From an uncultured delta proteobacterium (GTDB lineage Bacteria > Desulfobacterota > SM23-61), in the NCBI GenBank assembly GCA_963760605.1, contig CAVXFA010000075.1:11237-75236 (forward strand): 64,000 nucleotides of DNA. The letters are read 5' to 3'. Position numbers and translations under genes: made by a program. This document shows, in pieces, positions 1 to 11,098 of this stretch. How positions within the stretch are numbered: the first letter of the stretch is position 1; each line of letters starts with the position of its first letter. Below the pieces are notes generated by a model, which did not search any database, was not told the origin of the DNA, and was given only the letters and a program-made list of their open reading frames with translations.

Positions 1-3000
1 GAGATGGACTTTCCCCCGGGTGTAACGGCCGTGGTGGGGCCAAATGGGTGCGGAAAATCTAACGTCGTGGACGCCATCCGCTGGGCCCTCGGAGAACAAA
101 GCCCGAAACAGCTCCGCGGAAAAAACATGGAAGACGTCATCTTCAACGGAAGCGAAAATAGAAAACAGCAGGGCATGGCCGAAGTGATCCTAACCTTCGC
201 CAACGAGAATGGACATCCCATCGCGGATTATTTGGATTTCACTGAAATTTCTGTTGGCCGAAGGTTTTTCCGTTCCGGAGAGAGCGAATACTTTATCAAC
301 AAGGTCCCCTGCCGGCTGAAAGATATCACCGATCTCTTCCTGGGTTCCGGAGTTGGGCACCGAGCTTATTCCATTGTCGAACAAGGAAAGATAGATTTTG
401 TCTTAAACGCTAAACCCGAAGAGAGACGCATCCTCGTGGAAGAAGCCGCCGGCATCACGAAATACAAAGACCGCAAAGCTGCCGCCCTGCGTAAAATGGA
501 GGCCACCCAGCAAAACCTTCTGCGCCTTACAGATGTCACCGGGGAGATCAAACGGCAGATGAACTCCCTCAATCGGCAGGCCAGGAAAGCCGAACGGTAT
601 AGAAGTTATCGCGATGAGATGCGTACCCTGGAACTGGGCCAAGCCGCCCAGACCTGTTATACTTTGGAGTCCCAGCGCAAAGAGATGGAATCTTCCCTGC
701 AGGAGCTCAAGGATTCCGAGATCAAGGCCATAGCAGGGATCAAAGAATTAGAAGCCTCGGTTGAACAGATCAAGGTCAACCTACTCGATTTGGAACGGGA
801 CCTGGCCCTCCATCAGGAGCGACTCTCCGAGAATGAAGGAGCCATTCAGAATAGAGAAACCCAGATCGAACTGGGTTCTCGGGAGCGGGAAAATCTTCAA
901 AAGCAAACCTTACGCATTGAGGAAGAAATCGGCAAACTCAATGAGCAGAAGGCGGCGGCGGAACGGGAGGGCCAGGGATATGAAGAATTCCTTCGGGATC
1001 ACGATCAGAAGATCGCCGCCGATGCTGAGTTTCTGGCCAGGAAGGAAGAAATGCTCCTGGAAAAAAAGACCCAGCATGCCGCCGCTGAACAGGCCCTCTC
1101 TCAAGAAAAAAATGGGTTGGTGGATCTCCTCTCTTACCTGGCCCAGTTAAAGAATCTGCTCATCGATCTCCAGCGCCGCTCAGAAGAACTCTCTCGCCGC
1201 CAGGGCAAGCTGACCAACGAAAGGGAGGAAGCGCAGCTGAAAGTTGAGGAGACCCGGGCGCTCATGGCCTACCAGTCCCTACAACTGAACGATCGCCGAA
1301 CCGTGCGCAGCCAGATCGAGGAGGAACTGAATCAAAAAATTGCCCAGGGCAAAGAACTGCAATCTTCCCTAACCGACCTGCAGGAATCGTTGGCCAAGAC
1401 CAAAGAACGCCTCAACGTAGAAGGCTCACGCCTTCACTCTCTCTTGGAATTACAGAAGAATTTCGAGGGCTACCAGGAAGGGGTCCGGGCCATCCTGATC
1501 AAATACCAAACCCAGGGATCGTTCCAGAACGGAATATACGGCTTGGTGGAGGACATTGTCGAGACCGAGCCAAAGTATGAATGTGTGGTGGAGTCCGTCC
1601 TGGGCGAACGATTGCAGCACATCATCGTCCGGGATCATCAGGAAAGTTTGAAGGCCATCGATTACCTAAAGGCCCAAGGATTGGGCCGCTCGAGCTTCAT
1701 CCCCTTACAGCTCAAACAGAACCCGGCCTCTCCCCAGGCAAGATCCCTCCCAGATGAAAGGGCGATCGCTCTTCTGGACGTGATTAAAATGAAGGAGGAG
1801 TTTGCTCATCTGGCGACCTATTTATTCGAAGATGTATGGATCGTCTCGGACCTGCGCCAGGCCATCGATCTCTGGAACCGCGATTCCCTCTGGAAAACCC
1901 TGGTCGACTCTCGACGGAGAAGTGCTCCATCCCTCCGGCGTGGTCACGGGTGGGAGCAAAGAGCAGGTCGGCTCCGGAACCTTCTCCCGCAAAAGGGAGA
2001 TCCGCGATTTAACCCAAAGCACTGAGGCCCTCCGTCCGCAAGTGACTTCTCTGGAGGTCAACCAGGAGCGGCTCCTCTCGAGCATTAAAAACCTGGAAGC
2101 CTCTATCGAAGGACTCACCCAAGCCCTGCACCAGGAGGACCTGGAGATCGTCAGCGCAACGAAGGAGCTGGACCAGAACCAACTCGAATTGAAGCGGTGG
2201 ATGCAAAAGATCGAGACCCTGCAGTTCGAGGAAAGCCAGCTCGCCGAGGAGGGGATCGGAATTCAGCAACAGGCCCACCAAAATGAGGCTGCCCTCCAGG
2301 CTTCTGAACTCCTGAAAAATGAGAAAGAAATCGCGCTGCGTAGCCGGGAAGACAACCTGCAAAACTTGAAAGCCCAAATAGAAGGGCTTCTGGGCGAGGT
2401 CACGGAAGCCAGGGTGCGCTTGGTCACCCTTCAGGAAAAGCGGCAAAACCTCGACCAGAACTTAGAGCGCACCCGCAGGGTTTTGCAGGAGACCGAATCC
2501 TTTCTCTGCAAGCGCCGTGATGAAGTCCAGGAAAGTCTCCGCCTGATCGGCAGCGCCGAAGAGCAGCGACGGGTGGCTGAGGCTGAGCTCCACCGTCTTC
2601 TTTCCGCACACCAGGAGTTACAGTCTCACATGAAAGAGAAGAAAGAGGCCCTGCTCCAGGAACGCGAGAAGCTCGAAAAAGCAGAGAGTCATTGCAAGGA
2701 AGGCCGCGAAGCGCTCCAGGCCCTCCAGGAGCAGAAGAATACGCTGTCCATGAGGCTCATGGAGCTCGACCTCAACCTCAAGCATCTTCTCTCCAACGTT
2801 GAGGAAAAGCACCGCATCAGTCCCGAGGCTCTCCTGACCCGGGAAGATGAGCGGGACTACTTCTCCCCGGAAGTAGAAGCCCGCCTCGGCGAATTAAAAT
2901 CTCTGATCGAATCCATGGGCGAGGTGAACCTTTTGGCCATCCAGGAATATGAGGAATCGAAAGCCCGCCTGGAATTCCTGACCGAGCAGGAAGCCGATTT

Positions 3001-3508
3001 GGTGAACTCCCTGGAAGCTCTGGACCAGGCCATCAAGAAGATCAACCGTACTTCCCGCAAGCGTTTCTCCACAACTTTCACCGCGGTCAACGAAAAATTC
3101 AAAGAAATTTTCGCCTCCCTCTTCAACGGGGGGCGGGCGGAGCTTGTGCTGGTCGACGAATCCAACCTTCTGGAGACCGGAGTGGACATCATCGTCCAGC
3201 CTCCGGGAAAGAAGTTACAGAATCTAAGCCTTCTCTCCGGCGGGGAGAAGGCCCTGACAGCTGTCGCCCTGATCTTTTCCCTTTTCCTGATCAACCCCAG
3301 CCCCTTCTGTCTTTTGGACGAGGTAGACGCCCCCCTGGACGACGCCAACATCGGGCGGTTTAACAAGATGATCCAGCAACTGGCCGAAAAATACCAGATC
3401 ATCCTCGTCACCCACAACAAGCACACCATGGAGATCGCCCACACGCTTTATGGGGTCACCATGGAAGAGCCTGGCATCTCTAAGCTCGTCTCCGTGAGAT
3501 TGAACTGA
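1..3508 (+). CDS. smc: Chromosome segregation protein SMC. The 5' end is truncated by the window edge. The gene is split by an apparent +1 frameshift near 1906 (ORFs 4..2025 and 1802..3508).
   Basis: The N-terminus carries the Walker A motif GPNGCGKSN. Long coiled-coil stretches follow, with the hinge region TLDGEVLHPSGVVTGGS. The C-terminus has the LSGGEKALTAVALIFSLF signature and the D-loop. The two ORFs join as WKTLV|TLDGEV across frames. Confidence 0.85.
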
Positions 3509-3556
3509 TCACAACAACAGAACCAACTGGTAATGGTAAACGTTTAGGTCCCCAAT

Positions 3557-3669
3557 AGGGTGTTGGGAGTAGGGTGTAAAGTGTTACGTGTTGAGTATTA
3601 AGTTTGGGGGGTGTAGGTTGTAGCGTGTAGGGCTTTTACGCTAGGCGCTTTGCTCTTTGCGCCTTACGG
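3557..3669. repeat. Intergenic repeat cluster with the motif gggtgt(a/t)ggg..gtaaag..ttacg; a degenerate multi-copy member of this family.
   Basis: The sequence shares the core agggtgtaaag..ttacg and gtgtagg with copies at 4618-4659 and 6988-7023. It lies immediately downstream of the smc stop. Confidence 0.4.
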
Positions 3670-3690
3670 CTTTTTCATTTTGGAGGAAGG

Positions 3691-4614
3691 ATGGCGGAAG
3701 GGAAAAAGGGGGTTTTCCAGCAGCTGAAAGAGGGCCTTTTCAAAACCCACGAGGGCCTGATCAGCAAGATCGACCAGCTCATCGTCGGGAAGAAGAAAAT
3801 CGACGAGGATCTCCTTGCCCAACTCGAAGAAATCTTGATCACCAGCGACATCGGGGTGAAAAGCACTCAAGAGCTGTTGGATAACCTTGCCGCTCAGGTC
3901 CAACGAAAAGAATTCGAGGATGCCGATCTCCTGAAAAAAAACCTTCAAGAGCAAATTTTCCGTATCCTCAGCGGGCAGGAGAAGCCGATCAACGTCGATG
4001 CAGCCCGCCCCTTCATCATCATGGTTATCGGCGTCAATGGCACGGGAAAAACAACGACCATCGGCAAGATGGCCCAAAAATTTAAAGAACAGGGGAAAGC
4101 AGTGCTCCTGGTGGCCGCAGATACCTTCCGGGCAGCGGCCATCGAACAATTGGAAATTTGGGCCCAGCGGGTGAGCTGCGAGGTGATTAAACAAAAGAGC
4201 GGCTCCGACCCATCGGCTGTCGTTTTTGATGCGCTCAAGGCGGCGAAATCCCGAGGGAGCGAGGTCATCCTCGTGGATACAGCTGGCCGGCTACACACCA
4301 AGGTCAACCTGATGGAGGAGCTGAAAAAAGTCAAGCGCATCATGGACCGGGAGTTTCCCGGTGCGCCTCACGAGATTCTATTGGTCCTGGATGCCACCAC
4401 GGGGCAGAACGCCATCGCCCAGGCCAAAATGTTTAACCAAGCGTTGGGAGTAACGGGGATCGCCCTGACCAAACTGGACGGCACGGCCAAAGGGGGAATT
4501 CTCATCGCCATCTCTGAGGAGCTGAAAATTCCCCTGCGCTACATCGGGATCGGTGAGAAGGTTGACGACCTGCGCGAATTCAACGCCCGAGACTTCGTCG
4601 AAGCCCTGTTTTAA
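3691..4614 (+). CDS. ftsY: Signal recognition particle receptor FtsY (short form without the A domain).
   Basis: The protein has the GVNGTGKTTTIGK P-loop and the DTAGRLH and TKLDGTAKGG SRP-GTPase motifs. An RBS (ggaggaagg) precedes the ATG. Adjacency to smc is the usual operon arrangement. Confidence 0.9.
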   Translation: MAEGKKGVFQQLKEGLFKTHEGLISKIDQLIVGKKKIDEDLLAQLEEILITSDIGVKSTQELLDNLAAQVQRKEFEDADLLKKNLQEQIFRILSGQEKPINVDAARPFIIMVIGVNGTGKTTTIGKMAQKFKEQGKAVLLVAADTFRAAAIEQLEIWAQRVSCEVIKQKSGSDPSAVVFDALKAAKSRGSEVILVDTAGRLHTKVNLMEELKKVKRIMDREFPGAPHEILLVLDATTGQNAIAQAKMFNQALGVTGIALTKLDGTAKGGILIAISEELKIPLRYIGIGEKVDDLREFNARDFVEALF

Positions 4615-4617
4615 ATG

Positions 4618-4659
4618 CTGGGTGTAGGGCGTCGGGTGTAGGGGGTAAAGCCTTACGCC
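4618..4659. repeat. Intergenic repeat gggtgtagggcgtcgggtgtagggggtaaagccttacgcc.
   Basis: It is near-identical to 6988-7023 and related to 3557-3669. It lies right after the ftsY stop and can form an imperfect hairpin (ggcgtagg / ccttacgcc). Confidence 0.5.
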
Positions 4660-4671
4660 TTTGGCCTTGCG

Positions 4672-5124
4672 CTATTTTCTTAGGTTGATTTCTCCGCTCT
4701 GGGAGAACGGGATGGTAGTGGTGCCCAGTTTTGCTTTCACAATTGCCGCCCCTTCAATCTTATACCGCAGATCCTTACCGGAGAGAACAAGCCCCAATGG
4801 ATTTCCCAGGCTTTTGAAATCGGCTTGCAGAGGAATCTGGACCAGGGTTGAAGACGATTTGGCGATCAATACTTCCTTTTCAAGTCGACCTTTACCCACC
4901 TCCTGGTCGTCAAGGTAAGCTTTATATTCTAAGGCCCGCAGCTTCAAATCAAAACTGTTGGGGTTCTGCACCTCGATGCCGAAGAGAAAATCGATTTCCT
5001 TCAAGGAGATGTGTGTGACCGCGACCTCCTTCAGAGTGAAGGTCGGCTTCTCAAAAAACCAGTTGGCGCAAGATGGCAGGAGGGACAAAAGCCCGAAAAT
5101 CAGGATTTTCTTTTCCAGCCTCAT
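4672..5124 (-). CDS. Lipoprotein of the LEA_2 / NDR1-HIN1-like (water-stress) domain family.
   Basis: The signal peptide has a lipobox (LLPSC). The sequence resembles the LEA14-like fold (FEKPTFTLKEVAV..FGIEVQNPN). Confidence 0.55.
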   Translation of the reverse strand: MRLEKKILIFGLLSLLPSCANWFFEKPTFTLKEVAVTHISLKEIDFLFGIEVQNPNSFDLKLRALEYKAYLDDQEVGKGRLEKEVLIAKSSSTLVQIPLQADFKSLGNPLGLVLSGKDLRYKIEGAAIVKAKLGTTTIPFSQSGEINLRK

Positions 5125-5346
5125 TATTCAAAAGTTCCCCTGAATTATTAATCTATCTAATGTCATCCGTTCTGTCAACAAACTACCACCCAGGAATCTC
5201 AAAGGGTTCAAGGGGCCGAGGGTTCCCTTTCATACCACCTTTCCTTGACTCTCCTCTAGAATTCCTCTAAACTTTTACTGAGCTTCTTAGCCAGAAGAAG
5301 CCTTGGGGTTGCAAAGAATTTAGATATCCAGAAACCCTCATGGGGC

Positions 5347-6944
5347 ATGGCGATTCTGCTGAAAAATGTCATCTTATCCCTGGAGGAAAAGGAATCCACC
5401 CTTCGACAGAAGGTTGCCGACCTTCTCAAGATTTCCCCCGAACAGATCCAGAAATTAAAGATCGTCAAAAAATCGCTCGATGCCCGCAGGAAGAATCGTA
5501 TTCACTTCCTCTACACTCTCGAACTATCCCTCCCGGCTGAGCAGGAAACAAGGGTTCTCGATCAGCCTTCCCTCAACCTTCAGGTCCAAAAGGTTTTCGA
5601 AACAGCTCTGCCAGCTCCTGGGCGCATCAAGAGGAAGCCCAAATTGCGCCCCATCATCGTGGGCACTGGCCCCGCGGGCCTCTTCGCCGCCCTGAAACTG
5701 ACGGAAAACGGCCTGCCTCCCATGATCCTGGAACGCGGCAAGGAGATCCCCGGCGCGGGTCAAGGACGTGGAAAGGTTCTGGCAGGAGCGGGACCCTCGA
5801 GACGGAGAGTAACGTCCAGTTCGGAGAAGGAGGGGCAGGGACTTTCTCGGACGGCAAACTTTACACCCGTGTCAATGATCCCGGGGTTTCCGCCATACTG
5901 GAAACCTTTTTTCACTTCGGAGCCCCTTCGGAAATCCTTTTTCTTCAGAGGCCCCACATCGGCACAGACAGGCTCCGGCAAGTGGTTCTGGCCATGCGCA
6001 AACACCTGCAGGAACTGGGCGCGGAATTCAAATTTCAGGCCAAGATGACCGGATTGAAAATATTTCAAGGTGATCTGCGGGGGGCCGTCATTAACGAGCA
6101 AGAAGAGGTCGATGTTTCTATCCTCTTCCTGGCCCTCGGGAACAGCGCCCGGGACACTTTCCGGATGCTCCAAAACTCTGGGGTGGCCATGGAGCCCAAA
6201 CCCTTCGCCATCGGACTTCGGGTGGAACATCCCCAGAGAGTCATCGACCGCATCCAATATGGGCCTTCGGCTGGGCATCCCCGCTTACCGCCAGCGGAAT
6301 ACAAATTGACCTACCGCAGCTCAAAAGGGCGCGCCGTCTATTCCTTCTGCATGTGTCCGGGGGGGTTTGTGATTGCAGCCAGCTCCGAGAATCGGGGGCT
6401 GGTGACCAATGGAATGAGCCTGTTCCGCCGGAATTCTCCCTTCGCCAACAGCGCCCTGGTCGTCAGTGTGGGAGTAGAAGATTTTGGAGGAAATGGACCT
6501 TTGGCTGGAATGGAATTCCAGCGCCGATGGGAAGAGCGGGCTTATCGACTGGGAGGAGGAAATTTCAGAGCTCCTGCACAAGGAGTCCCCGATTTCCTGC
6601 AAATCCGGGACCCTTCTTCAATTCGAGAAACGAGCTTCAAGCGGGGTATCGCTCCGGCCCGTTTGGATGAATGCCTTCCCGCCTTTGTTGTGGAGAGCCT
6701 CCGGGAAGGGCTTCCTTATTTCAACCGCAGGATGCCAGGCTTTTCTTCCTCCGAGGCAATGTTGATCGGCATTGAGACGCGCACCTCTTCCCCCCTGCGC
6801 ATCCTTCGGAAAAAAGATTATCAATCCCAGAGTGTTCGAGGCCTCTACCCCATCGGCGAGGGGTCGGGTTACGCCGGGGGAATCATCAGCTCCGCGCTCG
6901 ATGGAATGAAGGCTGCGGAAGCGGTCTTGAAACGATTTGAATGA
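5347..6944 (+). CDS. FAD-dependent oxidoreductase (COG2509 family), interrupted by two closely spaced frameshifts (about 5757 and about 5808).
   Basis: The N-terminus has a GxGxxG motif (IIVGTGPAGLFAA). Three reading frames across 5760-5830 join to give ERGKEI..KDVERFWQERDPRDGE..NVQFGEGGAGTFSDGKLYTRVNDP. The C-terminal part (5982..6944) is typical of COG2509. Confidence 0.75.
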
Positions 6945-6987
6945 ATAAAAAGCAGGCGATAGGCAAGGGCTATAGGCAAAAAAGCAA

Positions 6988-7023
6988 GTAGGGCGTAGGG
7001 TGTCGGGTGTAAAGCCTTACGCC
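6988..7023. repeat. Intergenic repeat gtagggcgtagggtgtcgggtgtaaagccttacgcc.
   Basis: It belongs to the same family as 4618-4659 and sits downstream of the oxidoreductase stop. Confidence 0.5.
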
Positions 7024-7049
7024 TTACGTTTGATAAGAGAGGAGAAAGA

Positions 7050-8010
7050 CGTGGCAAAAATATTCATCAAGGAGCTTAAAAAGGGCCAGACCGTGGAAAG
7101 CATTTTCCACGTCAGGGAAAAAGTCCTCTCAAAAACCAAGACCGGTAATCCCTATCTCTCCATGCGTCTCGGCGACCGCACTGGAGAGGTCGATGGACGG
7201 ATCTGGGAGAGTGCCACGGATTTTGCCCCCCTCTTCGAATCGGATGATTTTATCAAGGTGCGGGCGGAAGTTGACGAATTTCAGGGAACGACCCAGCTGC
7301 GCATCCTCAAATTGAGAAAATGCCAGGAGGCAGAAATCCAGCTCGATGATTTTCTTCCGCAAACGCCGCGGGACATCGAAAAGATGTTTTCCGAACTGAA
7401 AAGCATCGCTTCCGACGTCCATCACCCCTTTTTACGGAGGCTTCTGGAGGACTTCTTCGCAGACGAAGATTTCGTAAAAAAATTCAAGCTGGCGCCAGCC
7501 GCCAAAGCGGCCCATCATGTTTACATTGGGGGATTGGTGGAGCACACGCTTTCGGTTGTTCAGCTGATCCTCCTTATAGGGCCTCGGTACAGGGGAATCA
7601 GCCAGGACCTTCTGATCACGGGGGGAATTCTCCATGACATCGGAAAAATCTCCGAGCTCTCCTTCGACCGGACTTTTGATTACACGGACCCGGGCCGGCT
7701 CCTGGGCCACATCACCCTCACGGTGGAGATGATCGATGAAAAAATAAGGTCCATCCCCGACTTCCCCGAAGACCTGTCCATCCTCCTCAAGCACATTGCC
7801 CTCAGCCACCATGGGGAATTCGCCTTCGGCTCTCCCAAGCGGCCTAAGACCCTGGAGGCGCTCCTCCTTCATCACCTGGATGACCTGGATGCCAAGGTCA
7901 ATGGCTTTCTGGCCTGGATCGAGAAGGAAAAAGATACTCCTTCTCGATGGACTTCCTATCATAAACTTTTTGACCGCTTCATCTTCAAGCCCGAGGAAAG
8001 CGAATCTTGA
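7050..8010 (+). CDS. YhaM-like 3'-5' exonuclease / CMP-binding factor (N-terminal OB fold plus HD domain). The start is probably the GTG at 7050.
   Basis: The HD motifs are HHVYIGGLVEHTLSV and HDIGK. An OB-fold N-terminus is present. The RBS agaggag lies 7 nt before the GTG. The upstream ATG at 7000 lies inside the intergenic repeat. Confidence 0.7.
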
Positions 8011-8148
8011 ACCTCCGCCACAGAGGACACCGATGGGCACAGAGAGCGCCTAGAATCATTGCGCACTACCCCCCATCGTTCTAATCTAACTATTGTATCT
8101 CTGTGTTCTCTGTGAGCTCTGTGGCATAATTTTAGTAAAGAATTTCTT

Positions 8149-8828
8149 ATGAATATCCCGCTTATCCATCCTTGGAAGGTCAGTCCCCGGGAGGCAATCC
8201 GAATCCAGGAAAAGCTTCGAAAGAAACTTCGCCTCCGCGCGCCAACGACCCCTTTAAGAAAAATCGCTGCCGGCGACGTGTCATACAGTCGCCTAGACGA
8301 TATGACCTATGCTGGTTTTCTTCTCTTCACCTACCCCGATTTGACCCTCCTGGAAAGGGCATCGGCCAAAGGCCGCGCCTCTTTTCCCTACATCCCTGGC
8401 CTCCTCACCTTCCGGGAAGCCCCAGTCCTGCTGAAAGCATTCTTCGGGTTGGCAGCTCGACCGGATTTGATCTTGATCGATGGCCAGGGAATTGCCCACC
8501 CCAGGTCCATGGGCATAGCCGCCCATATCGGCCTGATCCTGAATCTCCCCTCCATCGGCTGCGCCAAGAGCCGCTTGATTGGAGCCCATGGAAATTTGGC
8601 CTCGAGTCGAGGAAGCGCTCTCCCCTTGGTTAAGGGGATCGAACAGTGGGTAGGGTCGTTCGAACACGAGATGGGGTGAGGCCTGTTTATGTCTCCCCAG
8701 GGCATAAGATGGATTTAGATACCAGCGTGAAGATCGTGCTCTCCCTCTGTCGAGGCTATCGAATTCCCGAACCCCTGCGCCAGGCCCATATCTTTGTAAA
8801 TCAATTACGAGGAATGGTAAAGTCCTAG
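8149..8828 (+). CDS. nfi: Endonuclease V (deoxyinosine 3' endonuclease), split by a frameshift near 8647 (ORFs 8149..8679 and 8646..8828).
   Basis: The Endo V motifs [16 protein letters not shown] and [13 protein letters not shown] are present. The C-terminal segment [17 protein letters not shown] continues in another frame. Confidence 0.8.
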
Positions 8829-8830
8829 CC

Positions 8831-9904
8831 ATGGAGAAAAGAATCTTAGGTAAAACTGGATGGGCTCTATCTGTGATTGGATTTGGAGCCATCAAACTCC
8901 CTCGTATCGGAACGAAGGAATGCGAGCGTCTCTTAAATCGGGCGCTCGACCTGGGGATCAACTTTGTGGATACGGCAGACTGCTACGGGGATAGCGAGGA
9001 AAAAATCGGGCAGGCCTTGAAGAAAAGGCGCAAGGAGTTTTACCTCTCTACCAAGGTGGATGAGAGAGATGGCCCGGGAGTTCGCGCGAAGCTGGAACGA
9101 TGCCTTCGCCGGCTGCAAGCGGATTGGATTGACCTCATCTTATTCCACGACGTACGGGGGTCCGAATATGAAAAAATATTCAATGCCGGCGGCCTGGAAG
9201 AGCTGGAGAAGGCCCGGCAAGAAGGGAAAATCTCTCAGATCGGGATCAGCATTCATGGTTCCCTGCCCATGATGAAACGGGCAATAGAATCCGGTGTTTT
9301 TTCGGTTTTAATGGTTGCCTATAGCGCCATTGATGAGGATCGTTTAACCGCCAACCTCCTGCCCATGGCCGCTGCCAAAGGAGTGGGCTTGATCGCCATG
9401 AAGCCCCTGGCCGGGGGAAGGTTGACTCAACTCCCATCCAGAAGATGGGATGCGCGACTTTTCAAGGGAGAATCGCCTGCCCAGATTGCCCTCCGCTACG
9501 TCCTCTCTAATCCCCATATCACTTGTGCCATTCCGGGCATGATGACCCTGATTGAATTAGAAGAAAACGTAAGAGTGGGCAAGGTGTCGAGGGATCTGTC
9601 GACCGCGGAGCTCCGGAAGTTTATGGAAAAAGCTGGAGATGCCGGAAAGGGGTTTTGCCGGAATTGTGGATATTGCCTGCCGTGCCCGGAAGGAGTTCCC
9701 ATACCCGATATTTTTCGATACGAAAGCTATTACCTCAATTACGGGCTGGAGGGCTGGGCCAAAGCCCAGTACACCGCTTTACTCACCAATGCGGGGGCTT
9801 GCACCGAATGCCAAGAATGCCTGGACCGTTGTCCCTATGGGGTTTCGATTTCCTCGGGTTTGAAAAGCGCCCATAAAATCTTAAAAAGTGCAAATATCCC
9901 CTAA
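8831..9904 (+). CDS. Aldo/keto reductase fused to a C-terminal 4Fe-4S cluster-binding domain.
   Basis: The N-terminus is AKR-like (GFGAIKLP..DTADCYG). The C-terminus carries two Cys clusters, CRNCGYCLPCP and CTECQECLDRCP. Confidence 0.8.
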   Translation: MEKRILGKTGWALSVIGFGAIKLPRIGTKECERLLNRALDLGINFVDTADCYGDSEEKIGQALKKRRKEFYLSTKVDERDGPGVRAKLERCLRRLQADWIDLILFHDVRGSEYEKIFNAGGLEELEKARQEGKISQIGISIHGSLPMMKRAIESGVFSVLMVAYSAIDEDRLTANLLPMAAAKGVGLIAMKPLAGGRLTQLPSRRWDARLFKGESPAQIALRYVLSNPHITCAIPGMMTLIELEENVRVGKVSRDLSTAELRKFMEKAGDAGKGFCRNCGYCLPCPEGVPIPDIFRYESYYLNYGLEGWAKAQYTALLTNAGACTECQECLDRCPYGVSISSGLKSAHKILKSANIP

Positions 9905-10137
9905 CAGCGGAGTTAAATGATTCCCTCCTGAAAGTGCGGTTTGACAAATCTTTATTCCGGCTACGACCCTCTGGAAGCCCATCTCGAGAGTGATGGGTCG
10001 AGAGGAGTGCATCGTAAACGACCTTGCCTCAATGGCAGGTATGGCATTGCCTGCCTAACCTTGGCGTTAGCCCACTCTATGCAAATTTGAGTTGACAATC
10101 TGACCAACATCGCCCATAAATAAGGCAGAGGTGAGTT

Positions 10138-10383
10138 ATGAATCAAGAAAAAGTATGGCAGAACTTTATTAATCTTCCCCCTGAAGCCCGACGTCAAGTG
10201 ATGGACTTTATGGTTTTTTTGCGGACACGCTATGCCCCTTCCCGTCGCCGCAGGACGGCGAAGTCGACTAAACTGGCAAACGAACCCTTCATTGGAATGT
10301 GGCGTAGTCGTGAGGATTTCCAGGACAGCAGTGCCTGGGTTCGGCGTGTACGAAAAAGCGAATGGGTAAAACGCAGTGCCTGA
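10138..10383 (+). CDS. Antitoxin (DUF2281-like) of a VapBC-type toxin-antitoxin pair.
   Basis: An 81-aa basic protein sits immediately upstream of, and overlaps by 8 nt, a PIN toxin. The motif RRQVMDFMVFLRTRY is present. Confidence 0.6.
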   Translation: MNQEKVWQNFINLPPEARRQVMDFMVFLRTRYAPSRRRRTAKSTKLANEPFIGMWRSREDFQDSSAWVRRVRKSEWVKRSA

Positions 10384-10789
10384 CAACTTGGTGCTCATTG
10401 ATACCGACGTCCTAATCGAGGTCGGGCGCGGTGTCCGGGAAGCCGTGATTTGCCTTCAACAAATCGAACAACAAGCTTCCCCAGCAATCAGCGCGATTTC
10501 CCAGATGGAACTCACTATTGGCTGTTTTAGCAAATCCGAACTTCGCGCGCTGGATCGCTTCTTACTCCGCTTTCACATCGTCAAGTTGAATGAGCAGATC
10601 TCGGATACTGCCATCGATTTACTCCACCGCTATCGGCTGAGTCATGGCTTACTCATCGCTGATACGTTGATTGCCGCCACAGCATTGTCACTGAATGCAT
10701 CCTTCCTGACGAAGAATCAGCGTGACTATCGTTTCATCAAGGGGCTGAGTCTGCTTATGTATCCCCAGCCATTCGCTACCGGGGCATAG
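10376..10789 (+). CDS. vapC: PIN-domain ribonuclease toxin VapC.
   Basis: The N-terminus has LIDTDVLIEV with a conserved Asp. Size and architecture are typical of a type II TA toxin. Confidence 0.75.
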   Translation: MPDNLVLIDTDVLIEVGRGVREAVICLQQIEQQASPAISAISQMELTIGCFSKSELRALDRFLLRFHIVKLNEQISDTAIDLLHRYRLSHGLLIADTLIAATALSLNASFLTKNQRDYRFIKGLSLLMYPQPFATGA

Positions 10790-11098
10790 AAGTGTGAGGC
10801 CTTCTGTCTCGCTTTTCTCTTTGGGGCCTTCCTTCATTCTGTCATCAAATGAGATTTTTATCCTCAACCAGCGTCGTTGGCAAAAGAAGGAAAGAACCCA
10901 AAGCCAGCGAAGGCGAAGTCATCGCCATCACCGCGGAGACCTGTGACATATTCATAGGATGATCGGCATCCTCCACGCCCTCGATTATGGGGTTGGCGGA
11001 GAGCGCGAGAACGTTGAGCGACAGATTGACGAACTTGGCAAGGTAGAAGGTGTCTGAGGTGGTGATACCTGTCGTGAAACCTTAAAGTAAACTGATAT

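Noticed and set aside
2857-3444. Long antisense ORFs inside smc (2857..3444 -, 2009..2446 -) and similar ones inside ftsY, the YhaM-like gene, nfi, the TolB-like gene and glcD (for example 3664..4194 -, 7432..8040 -, 8293..8961 -, 23825..25084 +, 40826..41476 -).
   Set aside because: They overlap well-supported conserved genes on the opposite strand. Their translations are low-complexity and Arg/Pro-rich, typical of GC-skewed antisense frames.
9961-10398. A 145-aa minus-strand ORF spanning the vapB upstream region.
   Set aside because: It overlaps the well-formed VapBC pair and its promoter region, and no domain was recognised.
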